Notes: generated from the sequence alone by a model not told the origin. Shown: positions 9,681 to 21,119, counted from the stretch's first letter. The stretch: DNA of 64,000 nt from Armatimonadota bacterium (GCA_016235455.1 JACRKZ010000093.1:1-64000), one strand, 5' to 3'. Numbers and translations are program-made.

Positions 9681-11021
9681 GTGGCGCCGACGGGTGTCGC
9701 GCCACCTGTGGCCGCGATCACCGCGGAGGCGGCCAAGCCGGTGGCCGGCGATGGCGTGGTTCGTGTCAATCTGGCCCAGGCGCTGAAGCTGGGGCTGGCC
9801 CACGACCGTGATGTGCGCTCCAGCGCCTACGACGCGGCGAGCGCTCGCGCCTCGGTCACCCAGGCCTGGTCGGTCTACCACCCGCAAGTGAGTTTTGATG
9901 CGTCGGCGCGCCTCTTCGACTCGGCGCGCACGGGCATCACCAGCGGCGCCGGCGCGGCGGCCACCAACAGCTACGACGTGAGCCTGACGGTGACGCAGTT
10001 GCTGTTCGACCTGGGCCAGGGCCTGTTCGACGTCTACCGCTCGCGCGAGCTGGCCAAGGTGGCCAGCTTCAACGAGTTCACCACCGCGTTGAGCGCGGCG
10101 CAGCGCATCTACGGCGACTTCTACGATGTGCTACGCACCGGCGCGCTGGAGACGCTGCAGCGTGAGGTGCTGGCCCAGGCCACGCGCCAGCGGCAGCAGG
10201 CCACGGCGCTGTTCGAGTCGGGCAAGGGCTCGCGGCTCGACGTGACCCGCTCCACGGTGGCCGAGAGCAACAGCAAGGTCGACCTGGAAGTCACCGCCAA
10301 CGCCTCGCGCGAGGCACTGGCCCGGCTGCGGCGCGACCTCGGTCTGGCGCCGGCTACGCCGCTCGAGGTCAACGAAGCGACGGTCGTGCCGACGGTGGAC
10401 GTGGAGTTGGTGAAGGCGCTGGGCCTGGGCGAGAAGAGGCCCACGGTGTTGGCCGCCGAGGCCCAGACCAAGGCGCAGCGACATGCGCTGGACAGTGCGC
10501 GCATCGCGCGCTGGGCCTCGTTCCAAGTGACCGGCAGCTACGACTACTACCTGAAGAGCAGCCGCGACGTGAGCAGTGAGTATGTGCTGGGCGCGTCGGT
10601 GTCGGTGCCCCTGTGGGACGGGCAGAGCGGTAAGTCGGCCGAGACGCGGGCCAAGCTGTCGTGGCTGCGGGCCGGCGAGCAGTTGCTCAAGGAGCGCGAG
10701 CAGGTGCGGCTCGATATCGAGCAGGCGCACTTGTCCAACCGCGATGCCACCGACCGGCTGACCTCGGCCGAGCGGGCCTCGGGGCTGGCGGCGGAGAGTC
10801 TGCTGCAGACCGAGGAGAGCTACCGGCTCGGCTCGGCGAGTCTGCTGGACGTGGGCGATGCCCGCACGGAGTACCAGCGCGCGGAGAGCAATCGCATCAC
10901 CGCGCGGTTGGATAGGGATTTGGCGGCTTTGAACCTGATGGTGGCTGTGGGCCGGCTGCCGTTGACGGATGCGGCGCTCGCCGCGACCACCGGTGACGTG
11001 GCCAAGGAGACGGGTCGATGA
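9681..11021 (+). CDS. TolC family outer membrane efflux protein (start uncertain)
   Basis: Two OEP-like repeats: LFESGKGSRLDV and SYRLGSASLLDV, VSVPLWDG; lies in an efflux operon. Confidence 0.82.
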   Translation: MAPTGVAPPVAAITAEAAKPVAGDGVVRVNLAQALKLGLAHDRDVRSSAYDAASARASVTQAWSVYHPQVSFDASARLFDSARTGITSGAGAAATNSYDVSLTVTQLLFDLGQGLFDVYRSRELAKVASFNEFTTALSAAQRIYGDFYDVLRTGALETLQREVLAQATRQRQQATALFESGKGSRLDVTRSTVAESNSKVDLEVTANASREALARLRRDLGLAPATPLEVNEATVVPTVDVELVKALGLGEKRPTVLAAEAQTKAQRHALDSARIARWASFQVTGSYDYYLKSSRDVSSEYVLGASVSVPLWDGQSGKSAETRAKLSWLRAGEQLLKEREQVRLDIEQAHLSNRDATDRLTSAERASGLAAESLLQTEESYRLGSASLLDVGDARTEYQRAESNRITARLDRDLAALNLMVAVGRLPLTDAALAATTGDVAKETGR

Positions 11022-13357
11022 AGCGGTTTGTAGGGCAATACAAGTGGGTGATTGGCACGGTGGTGCTGGTCGGTCTGAGCATCGGTGTGCTGCGCATGCG
11101 CCAGACCGCCGAGACGGCGCCAGCCGCCGCGCCGACCACCGCATCGGTGACGCGGGGCACGATCAAGGCCACCGTGGTGGCCACGGGCGCCATTCAGCCG
11201 GAGACCTCGGTCGACGTGAAGGCCAACGCCGGTGGTGAGGTGACCTCGCTGCTGGTGGACGTGGGCGATGTGGTCAAGGCGGGCGACCTGCTCTGCACCA
11301 TCGATCCCACCGACAGCCAGACCACGGTGCGCACCTCACGCGCCGACCTGACCTCGTCCCAGGCCCAGGTCTCGCAGGCCCGAGCGGCCGACTCGCTCGA
11401 CCGCATGACCCTGCCCGCCAAGGTGACCGATGCGGTGGAAGCGATCAAGGCATCGCGTGCCAAGCTGCGGTCAGCCGAAGAGAACCTGCGCCTGGCCCAG
11501 AGCACGGCCGCCACCGACATCGACAGCGCCAGCCAGGATCTGCTCATCGCCAACGTGCGGGCCAACCGCGCCGGCACGTCGCTGACCATGGGCGAAGGCT
11601 CGGCCGATGCGCAACTACGCCAGGCGCTGCAGCAGCGCGAGCAGGCGGCGGCCAGCGTGGCCCAGGCGGAGGCGACGCTGTCGCTGGCCAAGGACGAGTA
11701 CGCGACCGGCTTGGAGAGCGCCCATCAGACCCGCGCCTCAGCGGCGGCGCGTCTGGAGCGCGCGCGGTTGGGTGCGTCGACCACGCCGGCCGGCGCCGAC
11801 GCCGGTGTGCGTCAGGCCGAGGCGTCGTTGGCTCAGGCCAGGCAGCGGCTCACGCGCCTGACCAGCGCCACTCAGCCCAGCGCCTCCGCCAGCGCCGAAG
11901 GCGACTACGAGTCCGCCAAGGTCAGTCTGTCGGCTGCTGAAGCCGAGCTCAAGCGCCAGCGCGAGCTGTTCGCCAAGGGCTACGTGCCGTACACCGCGGT
12001 CGAAGGCGCCGAGACGGCGTTGGCCGCGGCGCGCGCCAAGAGCCAGGCGGCCAGTGAAACCTGGAAGAACCTGCGCAATTCGCAGTCGGCCGACCGCAGC
12101 GAGGCCGAGGCGGCCGTGGCGCAAGCCGAGGCCTCGTTGGCCCAGGCCAAGGAGACGCAGCGCGCGTCAGGCACCACCAAGTACGATGTGGCCGATGCCG
12201 AGGCGACGCTGAACTCGGCCGACCAGTCGCTGAAGTTGGCCGAGGCCGGGCAGAAGACGGTGCAGATGCGCACCGAGCAGCTGCGGTCGGCCAAGTCGGC
12301 CCTGGCCAGCGCCGAGGCTGGCGTGCAGGCGGCGCAGTCGCAGATGCTCGACGTCAAGCGACTGGGCAACGACGTGACCGAAGCGGGCTATACGGCCAAG
12401 CGCAGCGAGATCGCCAAGGCGCAGGCCGAGGCGAGCCGGCGCACGATCGAGATGCGCAGCGCGGATGTCGACGCGGCGCGGGCCGCGCTCAGGCAGGCCG
12501 AGGCGCAGCTCACGCAGGTCTACGCCCAGCGCTTCAAGCTGGCCCAGAACCGCGGCGCGGTGACCCAAGCGGCAGCCTCCGTGGTGCGCAACGAGGCGCA
12601 GGTGTTCAACGCCGAAAAGCAGTTGCGCGACACGATCATCCGCGCGCCGCGCGACGGCGTGGTCATCGACCGCTCGGTGGAAGAGGGCACGATCATCTCC
12701 TCGGGTCGCAGCAGCGTGACCGAGGGCACCAAGATCCTGACCCTGGCCGATGTGCGCCAGCTCTACTGCCTCGCGGCAGTGGACGAGAGCGATGTCGGCA
12801 AGGTCTACGCGGGCCAGAAGGCGCAGTTCAAGGTGGAGGCGTTCGGTGACCGGCAGTTCCCGGCCACGGTGCGCAAGGTCTACCCCAAGGGCACCGTCAC
12901 GGCCAACATCACCCAGTTCACCGTGGAGTTGGCCGTCACCAAGACCGAGGTCATGCTGCGGCCTGGCATGTCCGCCGACATCGAGATCCTCACCGAGGAG
13001 CGCCCCAACGTGTTGGTCCTGCCGGCCGAGGCGGTGCGTGAAGGGCCGGGTGGCTTCTATGTCATGATGCCGGGCGCGGCCGGCGCCGGCAAGGCCAAGG
13101 CCAGCGGCGCCAAGTCCAGGAGCGGCGCCGGCGGGACCGGCGGCGCCGGCAAGCCGGCGGAAGACGGCACCAAGGTGCCGATCAAGGTCGGCATCACCAC
13201 CGCCGAGAGCATCGAGATCGTTGAGGGCCTCAAGGAAGGCGACAAAGTGCTGGTGCCAGCCGCGGCAGGCAACGCCAAGGGCGGCGACAAGCAGAGCAAC
13301 AACGAGCAGATGCAAAAGGCTATCAAGATGGGCATGAAGAGCATGGGCGCGAGGTAG
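11018..13357 (+). CDS. Periplasmic adaptor (MacA/HlyD-like) with very long coiled-coil
   Basis: N-terminal TM; lipoyl halves VDVGDVVKAGDLL and IIRAPRDGVV; VDESDVGKV, LRPGMSA; Ala/Gln-rich heptads between the lipoyl halves. Confidence 0.9.
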   Translation: MKRFVGQYKWVIGTVVLVGLSIGVLRMRQTAETAPAAAPTTASVTRGTIKATVVATGAIQPETSVDVKANAGGEVTSLLVDVGDVVKAGDLLCTIDPTDSQTTVRTSRADLTSSQAQVSQARAADSLDRMTLPAKVTDAVEAIKASRAKLRSAEENLRLAQSTAATDIDSASQDLLIANVRANRAGTSLTMGEGSADAQLRQALQQREQAAASVAQAEATLSLAKDEYATGLESAHQTRASAAARLERARLGASTTPAGADAGVRQAEASLAQARQRLTRLTSATQPSASASAEGDYESAKVSLSAAEAELKRQRELFAKGYVPYTAVEGAETALAAARAKSQAASETWKNLRNSQSADRSEAEAAVAQAEASLAQAKETQRASGTTKYDVADAEATLNSADQSLKLAEAGQKTVQMRTEQLRSAKSALASAEAGVQAAQSQMLDVKRLGNDVTEAGYTAKRSEIAKAQAEASRRTIEMRSADVDAARAALRQAEAQLTQVYAQRFKLAQNRGAVTQAAASVVRNEAQVFNAEKQLRDTIIRAPRDGVVIDRSVEEGTIISSGRSSVTEGTKILTLADVRQLYCLAAVDESDVGKVYAGQKAQFKVEAFGDRQFPATVRKVYPKGTVTANITQFTVELAVTKTEVMLRPGMSADIEILTEERPNVLVLPAEAVREGPGGFYVMMPGAAGAGKAKASGAKSRSGAGGTGGAGKPAEDGTKVPIKVGITTAESIEIVEGLKEGDKVLVPAAAGNAKGGDKQSNNEQMQKAIKMGMKSMGAR

Positions 13358-13365
13358 GGCGTGAG

Positions 13366-14569
13366 ATGAACCCACTAGAGGCACTTCGCATCGCGTTCAG
13401 TGCGCTGAGCGCCAACAAGATGCGCGCGGCATTGACCACGCTGGGTGTGGTCATCGGTGTGGCGGCGGTGATCGCCATGACCGCGCTGGGCCAGGGCGCG
13501 GCCAAGGATGTGCAGGCGCGGCTCAACAAGCTGGGCAGCAACCTGATCTTCGTCGCGCCCGGCCAGGCCGGCCGAGGCCCCATCTTCATGGGCTTCGGCA
13601 GCGCCGACACCCTGTCGCTGGAGAACGCGGAGAAGCTGCGGCGCAGCATGCCCGAGCTGATCGCCGGCGTGGAGGCTGAGGTCAGCTCGAGCGAGCAGGT
13701 CAAGTTCGGCACCTACAGCAGCAACTACCGCATCGTGGGCACGTACAGCGATTACTCGTTCGTACGCAACCCCGACATCGCCGACGGGCGGTTCTTCTCG
13801 CGCTTGGACGAGGAGGCCGCGCGTCGCGTCTGCGTGGTGGGCTCCAACGTGGCCCGCGACGTGATCAAGAGCGGCCGCGCCGTGGGCAAGCGGATCAAGA
13901 TCAAGGGCATCCCCTTCGAGGTGGTGGGTGCGTTGGCCGAGACCGGCGGCTTTGGCCGTCAGGACGACCAGGTGTTCATCCCGCTGCGCACCTTCGTCCA
14001 GCGCATCAACTTCAGGCGCTACGCCTCGAACATCGGTGTGTCGGCGCGCGACGGCAAGAGCTTCGAGGAGGTGCAAGCCGGCATTCGGCGGTTCCTGCGC
14101 CGCGAGCACAAGCTGCGCCCGAGCCAGAAGGACGACTTCTCCATCGCCAGCCAGACCGATATCGCCTCGACGCTGAACGACACGAACCGCATCTTCACCA
14201 TGCTCCTGGCCGGCATCGCCGCCATCTCGCTGGTGGTCGGCGGCATCGGCATCATGAACATCATGCTGGTGACCGTGACAGAACGCACCCGCGAGATCGG
14301 CATCCGCAAGGCACTGGGCGCCCGCAAGCGCGATATCCAGTTGCAGTTCCTCATCGAGAGCTGCGTGCTGAGCATCCTCGGCGGCCTGCTGGGTGTGGCC
14401 ATGGGCCTGGGCACGGCCCACCTCATGCAGACCAAGATGGGCCTGACGGTGGATGTGAAGATGCAGTCGGTGGTGCTGTCGTTCGGCTGCGCCGCGGCCA
14501 TCGGCATCTTCTTCGGCTTCTACCCGGCCAGCCGCGCGGCGGCCCTCGACCCGATCCAGGCACTTCGCT

Positions 14570-14577
<8 letters not shown>
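13366..14577 (+). CDS. MacB/FtsX-type ABC permease
   Basis: LTTLGVVIGVAAVI, ISLVVGGIGIMNIMLVTVTERTREIGIRKALGA, YPASRAAALDPIQALRYE. Confidence 0.95.
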
Positions 14578-15298
<721 letters not shown>

Positions 15299-15354
15299 GC
15301 TGCCTCCGAGCCGCGGGGCAAGGAATGCCGGCGGCGCGGGCGAAGTGAACCGCC

Positions 15355-16032
15355 ATGGAACGTCTAGGTCACCGCGGTGCGCCCAGCCTGGCCACCGAGA
15401 ACACGCTACCCAGCTTCGCCGCGGCCGTGCGCCTGGGCGTCGACGCTGTCGAGCTCGACGTGCAGCTCAGCGCTGACGGGCGGCTCATGGTCATCCATGA
15501 CGACACCGTCGACCGCACCATGCCCGGTAGCGGCCGCGTCGCCGACATGGACTCCGCCGACCTGCTGGCCCTGGGCGTGCCCACCTTCGCATCCGTTCTG
15601 GGCGTGCTGGCGGACCACTGCGGCCTGACCTGCGAACTTAAGGGCCCGGGCACCGGCCCGCCGGCCGTGGCCCACGTGAACGCCGCCGGTCTGTCCGCCA
15701 CCACCGTCTTCACCTCGTTCGACCTCGATCGCGTGACCGCGGTCAAAGCCGCGCAGCCCGCGTTGCGAGTCGGCGGCATCAGTGGTCGGGCCGATGACGA
15801 GCTATTGGAGCGGCTGCTGGCCCTGGGCGCCGAGCTGGCCGACATCCATTGGGCCGCGCTCACCCCTGGGTGGGTCGAGTCGGCGCATGCCGCCGGCCTG
15901 CGCGTGCGCGCCTGTACCGTGAACGACGAGGCCGCCCTGGCCCATGCGCTGGCCGCGGGAGTCGACGGGATCATGAGCGACCGGCCTGATTGGCTGCTCT
16001 CGGCGCTGGCTAGCGCTGCGCAGGGCACCTGA
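15355..16032 (+). CDS. Glycerophosphodiester phosphodiesterase family protein
   Basis: GHRGA, ENT, ELDVQLSADG, IHD, ELKG, GVDGIMSDRP. Confidence 0.92.
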   Translation: MERLGHRGAPSLATENTLPSFAAAVRLGVDAVELDVQLSADGRLMVIHDDTVDRTMPGSGRVADMDSADLLALGVPTFASVLGVLADHCGLTCELKGPGTGPPAVAHVNAAGLSATTVFTSFDLDRVTAVKAAQPALRVGGISGRADDELLERLLALGAELADIHWAALTPGWVESAHAAGLRVRACTVNDEAALAHALAAGVDGIMSDRPDWLLSALASAAQGT

Positions 16033-16739
16033 TGGCCACGAACGTAGCCATGCCGACCTGCGAACACGAGTCGGCGCTCATCGCCGACGGGCTGCACATC
16101 GTGGCCGGCATCGACGAAGCCGGCCGCGGGCCGCTGGCCGGGCCGGTGGTGGCGGCAGCGGTGGTGCTGCCGCCGGGGCTGGTGATACCCGGCCTGACCG
16201 ACAGCAAGAAGCTCGACGCCGCAGCGCGGGATCGGCTGTTCGACGTCATCGGCGAGTCGGCGCAGGCGGTGGGTGTAGGTCGCTGCGAGGCTGACGAAAT
16301 CGATCAACTCAACATCCTGCGCGCCACGCTGACCGCGATGCGCCGCGCACTCGACTCCCTGGGCCTGGCCGTAGACGCCGTGCTGATCGACGGCAACCAG
16401 CGCCTGCCGGGCCTGGCCTGCCACCAAGTGACGCTGGTCAAGGGCGACTCGCGCAGCATGTCCATCGCCGCGGCGAGCATAGTCGCCAAAGTCACGCGTG
16501 ACCGCGAGATGTGCCGACTCGACACATCGTACCCGGGCTATGGATTCGCGGGGCACAAGGGCTATCCGGCGCCATCGCACCTTGCCGCGCTGAGCGAGCT
16601 GGGTCCGTGCCCGGTCCATCGGCGCAGTTTCGGCCCGGTGCGCGCGCTGCTGGCCGATCCGCCGCCGCTGCCGCCCGCGCGGAGTCGGGGCGCCTCGGCC
16701 ACTCAGTTGTCGCTGTTCGAGAACGACGATGCGCGGTAG
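16032..16739 (+). CDS. rnhB: Ribonuclease HII
   Basis: GIDEAGRGPLAGPV, DSKKL, DGN, KGD..SIAAASIVAKVTRD, HKGY, HRRSF. Confidence 0.97.
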   Translation: MATNVAMPTCEHESALIADGLHIVAGIDEAGRGPLAGPVVAAAVVLPPGLVIPGLTDSKKLDAAARDRLFDVIGESAQAVGVGRCEADEIDQLNILRATLTAMRRALDSLGLAVDAVLIDGNQRLPGLACHQVTLVKGDSRSMSIAAASIVAKVTRDREMCRLDTSYPGYGFAGHKGYPAPSHLAALSELGPCPVHRRSFGPVRALLADPPPLPPARSRGASATQLSLFENDDAR

Positions 16740-17121
16740 GAGAGGCCCATCGCGCGGGCAACTGCTGGGTCGCCGGGCCGAGCGGGCGGTGGCCTGGCGG
16801 CTGTTCTGGCGCGGGTACCGGCTGTTGGCCCACAACTGGCGCTGCGCGTTGGGCGAGATCGACCTCGTGGCCCGCCATCGCGGCCAACTGGTGGTCATCG
16901 AGGTCAAGGCGCGACTCAGTGAAGACCGCCTGCCGCCCGAGGCGCAAGTGGGTCGCGAGAAGCAATGGCGGCTCTGCCGGCTGTTGGATGCTTACCGTCG
17001 GGCGCATAACATGTGGCAGGTGCCCTGTCGTTTCGATGTCGCCGCCGTGGTGCTCGACGAGCGGGGCCGAGTACGCGAGTTGCGGCTCTGGCAGGATGCG
17101 TTCGAGTACCAGGACGCGTGA
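16729..17121 (+). CDS. yraN: YraN / UPF0102 family protein
   Basis: GRRAE, GEIDLVA, IEVKAR, CRFDV; conserved position after rnhB. Confidence 0.9.
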   Translation: MRGRRGPSRGQLLGRRAERAVAWRLFWRGYRLLAHNWRCALGEIDLVARHRGQLVVIEVKARLSEDRLPPEAQVGREKQWRLCRLLDAYRRAHNMWQVPCRFDVAAVVLDERGRVRELRLWQDAFEYQDA

Positions 17122-17210
17122 ACGGTCGGCCGCCGGGCAGAGGACGTGGACCTCGACAGCTCACCAGCACGAGCCTCGAGGGTGTGGTGGGGGATCGATT
17201 GGGTAGCCCC

Positions 17211-19715
17211 ATGCGCTGTGTGGTGTCGGGCACAAGCTGGGTCAGTCGGACCATCTGGCTGTTGCTTCTGCTGGTCGCGGGCGCGGCGCGGTTGGCGCTG
17301 GCCGCCGGTCCCAGTGCGCCGTTGCGCGTCGTCACCGACGACAACTACCCGCCCTACGTCTTCCGCGGTGGCAGCGGCGAACTCAGGGGCATTCTTGTTG
17401 ATCACTGGCGTCTCTGGACCGCCCGGACAGGGCGGCCGACCAACCTGACCGGGATGGACTGGAATGAGGCCATTCGGCGCTTCGAGGCCGGCGAGTTCGA
17501 CGTGCTGGACACGGTCTTCCGGACCCCGCAGCGTGAGTTGCGCTACGACTTCACGCGTCCCTACGCGCGCATCGATGTGCCGCTGTTCTTCGACCAGAGC
17601 GTGTCGGGGATCAACAGTGCGCAGGACCTGGGCGGCCTGGTGGTGGCGGCCAAGGCGGGCGATGCCGTGCTGGAGACGCTGGCCCGGAGCGGCGTGCACA
17701 ACGTGGTCACGTATCCCTCGTATGAGCGGCTGATCGCCGCCGCGGCGGCGGGTCAGGTGCGTGTGTTCACGGTGGACGGGCCGCCGGCACACTACTTCCT
17801 GACGCGCATGGGCGTCGCCGACCGGTTCCGGGAGTCGCCGCCGCTCTACACCGGCCAGTTCCACCGCGCGGTGCTCAAGGGGCGGGTGGCGCTGTTGCGC
17901 GAGGTGCAGGGAGGATTCGACCGGATCTCACCGGCCGAGTTGCGCGGCATCGACGAGCGGTGGATGGGCTCACCAGTGACCATCGGCGGGCTGTGGCGGC
18001 AGTACCGCTACCCTGTGCTGGCGCTGATCGCCGCCTGGGTGCTGCTGTCGGGCTGGCTCTGGTCGCTGCGGCGCACGGTGGCTCACCGGACGGGCGAGTT
18101 GCGGGCCGAGGTGGTCGAGCGCGCGGCCAAGGAACAGGCGCTGGCCGACAGCCAGGAGCGGCTGGCCACCATCTTCAATACGGTCCACGAGGCCATCTTC
18201 ATCCATGACGTGGAGGGCCGGATATTGGACGTGAACCAAGCCGTGACCGAGCTGTTCGGCGTGTCGCGCGACGAGGCGCTGGCCCTGACCGTGCGCGACT
18301 TCTCGGCCGAGGACAGCCCGCTGCTCGAACTGCGTGAACGCTGGGGGCGAGCGCTCTCGGGCGAGTCGAGCTGGTTCGAGTGGCAGGCCCGTCGGCCGCG
18401 CGACGGCCAGCTGCTGCCGGTCGAGGTGTCGCTGCGCGGCGTGACCTTGGGCGGGCAGGCCCTGGTCCTGGCCAGTGTGCGCGACATTGCGCAGCGCAAA
18501 CGCGCCGAAGCGGAGCGCGACGATCTGGAATCGCAGTTGGCCCAGTCGCAGAAGATGGAAGCCATCGGGCGCCTGGCCGGCGGCGTGGCGCACGACTTCA
18601 ACAACCTGCTCACGGTCATCCTCGGCCATTGCGACGACCTGCTAGAGGACTCCGGCCAGGCCGACACGCGCTGCGAAGAGATCGTCCAGATCCGCACGTC
18701 GGCGCTGCGCGCGGCGGATCTCACGCGCCAGCTCCTGGCCTTCAGCCGGCGCCAGACGCTGCGGCCAGAACCGCTCGACCTGGGGCTGGTGGTGCTCGAT
18801 ATGGAGCGCATGCTGCGCCGACTGATCGGCGAGGATATCGAGTTGGTGACCGAGATCGGCGCCGTGCTACGCAGTGTCACCGCCGACCGCGGCCAGCTCG
18901 AGCGCGTGATCATGAACTTGGCCGTCAACGCCCGGGACGCCATGGAGGCCGGCGGCCGCCTGTCCCTGTCGGTGTCCAACGAGCCGTTGCCGGACGGCCA
19001 GGCCGCGCTGCCGCCGGGCGACTACGTGACCCTGATCGTGGCCGATACCGGACACGGCATGGACGAATCCACGCGCCAACACGTCTTCGAGCCGTTCTTC
19101 ACCACCAAGGAGAAGACCAAGGGCACGGGGCTGGGCCTGTCCACCGTGCTGGGCATCGTCAAGCAATCCGGTGGCGAGATCGTCTGCCACAGCGCGCTGG
19201 GCGCGGGCACGCGCTTCGTCATCTACCTGCCGGCCAACAACACAACAACGACTGCGGCCGTGCCGCGTACGAGCCCTGGATCGGCGGTTGCTGGTCGCGG
19301 CGAGCATGTGCTGCTGGTGGAGGACGACGACGCGGTGCGTCGATTGACCCAGCGGCAACTGGAGCGTCTGGGATTCGCCGTGACCGCCGTGGCCGACGGC
19401 CGCGAGGCGCTGGCGGCGTTCGACGCCTTGCCGCAGGTGCCCGACCTCGTGCTGAGCGACGTCGTCATGCCCGGCATGAACGGCATGGCCCTGCTGCGCG
19501 AGATGGCCTCGCGCCGGCCCGGTTTGCGCGTGCTGCTGATGTCGGGTTACACGGACGATGCCATCGGCCGCAGCGGCGTCCTCGACCCGACGGTGCCGTT
19601 CCTGTCCAAGCCGTTCGGCTCGGCCGAGTTGCTGGCCAAGGTGCGCGCGGCCATCGATGGGGATCCACCACCCCTGGCCGCGAGAGGTCCTGAGAGCAGT
19701 CGCGAGCAGGCCTGA
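17211..19715 (+). CDS. Hybrid sensor histidine kinase (family-3 solute-binding domain, TM, PAS, HisKA, HATPase, REC)
   Basis: DDNYPPY periplasmic domain; PAS; QSQKMEAIGRLAGGVAHDFNNLL; FEPFFTTK..GTGLGL; VEDD, SDVVMPGM, SKP. Confidence 0.93.
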   Translation: MRCVVSGTSWVSRTIWLLLLLVAGAARLALAAGPSAPLRVVTDDNYPPYVFRGGSGELRGILVDHWRLWTARTGRPTNLTGMDWNEAIRRFEAGEFDVLDTVFRTPQRELRYDFTRPYARIDVPLFFDQSVSGINSAQDLGGLVVAAKAGDAVLETLARSGVHNVVTYPSYERLIAAAAAGQVRVFTVDGPPAHYFLTRMGVADRFRESPPLYTGQFHRAVLKGRVALLREVQGGFDRISPAELRGIDERWMGSPVTIGGLWRQYRYPVLALIAAWVLLSGWLWSLRRTVAHRTGELRAEVVERAAKEQALADSQERLATIFNTVHEAIFIHDVEGRILDVNQAVTELFGVSRDEALALTVRDFSAEDSPLLELRERWGRALSGESSWFEWQARRPRDGQLLPVEVSLRGVTLGGQALVLASVRDIAQRKRAEAERDDLESQLAQSQKMEAIGRLAGGVAHDFNNLLTVILGHCDDLLEDSGQADTRCEEIVQIRTSALRAADLTRQLLAFSRRQTLRPEPLDLGLVVLDMERMLRRLIGEDIELVTEIGAVLRSVTADRGQLERVIMNLAVNARDAMEAGGRLSLSVSNEPLPDGQAALPPGDYVTLIVADTGHGMDESTRQHVFEPFFTTKEKTKGTGLGLSTVLGIVKQSGGEIVCHSALGAGTRFVIYLPANNTTTTAAVPRTSPGSAVAGRGEHVLLVEDDDAVRRLTQRQLERLGFAVTAVADGREALAAFDALPQVPDLVLSDVVMPGMNGMALLREMASRRPGLRVLLMSGYTDDAIGRSGVLDPTVPFLSKPFGSAELLAKVRAAIDGDPPPLAARGPESSREQA

Positions 19716-19719
19716 AGGC

Positions 19720-19759
19720 AAAGGGCGCGGAACCGGTCTGCCGACCCGTCCGCGCCCTT
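19720..19759. terminator. Hairpin between convergent kinase and oxidoreductase genes
   Basis: AAGGGCGCGGA...TCCGCGCCCTT inverted repeat. Confidence 0.55.
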
Positions 19760-19791
19760 CTGAGACACACTGCGCCCTGGTGCGCCGCAGC

Positions 19792-21108
19792 CTACACTTT
19801 GTCGGGCTCGGGCACGGTGAACGCCGCGGGGCTGTCGTGCCGAGCCAGCAGTGCATTGGCCTGCTCGTCGCCGGGGAAGACCATCTTCTTGGGGTCGAAG
19901 GTCAACGTGCGGCCACAGCGATAGGCGATGTTGGCCAGCGCGCAGAGCTGCGCCGACAGCACGCCCTCGCTCACCGGGCAGTTCAGGTCCTCGGACTTGC
20001 GTGAGCGCACGCAGTCGATGAAGTTCTGGAAGTTGTCGCCGCCGGCGCCGCCCACCGCGGGCAGCTTCTTGTCCTTGGGCCGGTCGATCACCCCGGTCTC
20101 TGTGCGCAGTGTGTAGTTGTCGCCACTGCTCATGTAGCCGGCCGTGCCGTAGACCAGGTTGCCGATGCTGACCTTGGCCTCTTGATGCGTTGGCAGGCCG
20201 CGCACCTCGAACTGCAGTTCCACGCCATCGGGGTAGCCGAACGTGGCGAACTGCGTGTTGGGCGTCTCGCCGTCGTCGGTGTAGCCGTACCGCCCGCCAG
20301 CCGAGGACACGGTGGTCGGCGCGCCGCGGTTGAGGAACCAGCGGGCCTGGTCCATCTGGTGGACGCCCTGGTTGCCGATATCGCCGTTGCCGTACTCGAA
20401 GAACCAGTGCCAGTTGTAGTGTACGTAGCGCTCCGAGAAGGCGCGGTGCTTGGCTGGCCCCTGCCAGACGTCCCAGTCGAGCCAGTCGGGCACGGCCGAG
20501 TCGGGCTTGATGCCAAGCGACTTGCGCGGCTTGAAGCACAGGCCGCGGCTCAGGTAGACCTGACCCAGGTCACCGTCCCACACCCGGCCAACCGCCGTGC
20601 GCGCGCCACCGTTGGCGCGGGTGTGGTCGTGGCCGATCTGCACGATGCGCTTGTACTTCTGCACCGCGGCGATAAACGATTGCCCTTCGGCCACGCCCCA
20701 ACACGCCGGCTTCTCCACGTAGGCATCCTTGCCCGCCTGGCAGGCCCAAATGCCCGCCAGCGCGTGCCAGTGGTTGGGCGTGGCGGTGAAGATGCAGTCG
20801 ATCTCTTTATCCTCGAACAGGCGGCGCAGGTCCTGGTAGGTCTTGGGCCGACGACCGGTCTTCTTCTCGAGCGCCGCCGCGCCGCGCTCGAGCACGCGCT
20901 TGTCGACATCGCACAGCGCCACCACGACGACGTCTTTCATCTTCAGGCAGGCGTCGATATGCGCCTGGCCACGGCCATTGAAGCCGATGACGGCGGCACG
21001 GACGGTGTTGGCCTGCGCCGTGGACGACGGCGCGGCGCTGAGAATGGTCAAGCCGGCGGCGGCCAGGCCACTCGAGCGCAGGAAGTCACGACGATCCAGA
21101 GTGCTCAT
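19792..21108 (-). CDS. Tat-exported Gfo/Idh/MocA oxidoreductase
   Basis: MSTLDRRDFL twin-arginine signal; IGFNGRG, ATPNHWH, YVEKP, NQGVHQMD. Confidence 0.92.
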   Translation of the reverse strand: MSTLDRRDFLRSSGLAAAGLTILSAAPSSTAQANTVRAAVIGFNGRGQAHIDACLKMKDVVVVALCDVDKRVLERGAAALEKKTGRRPKTYQDLRRLFEDKEIDCIFTATPNHWHALAGIWACQAGKDAYVEKPACWGVAEGQSFIAAVQKYKRIVQIGHDHTRANGGARTAVGRVWDGDLGQVYLSRGLCFKPRKSLGIKPDSAVPDWLDWDVWQGPAKHRAFSERYVHYNWHWFFEYGNGDIGNQGVHQMDQARWFLNRGAPTTVSSAGGRYGYTDDGETPNTQFATFGYPDGVELQFEVRGLPTHQEAKVSIGNLVYGTAGYMSSGDNYTLRTETGVIDRPKDKKLPAVGGAGGDNFQNFIDCVRSRKSEDLNCPVSEGVLSAQLCALANIAYRCGRTLTFDPKKMVFPGDEQANALLARHDSPAAFTVPEPDKV

Positions 21109-21119
21109 GGCAGGCTCCC

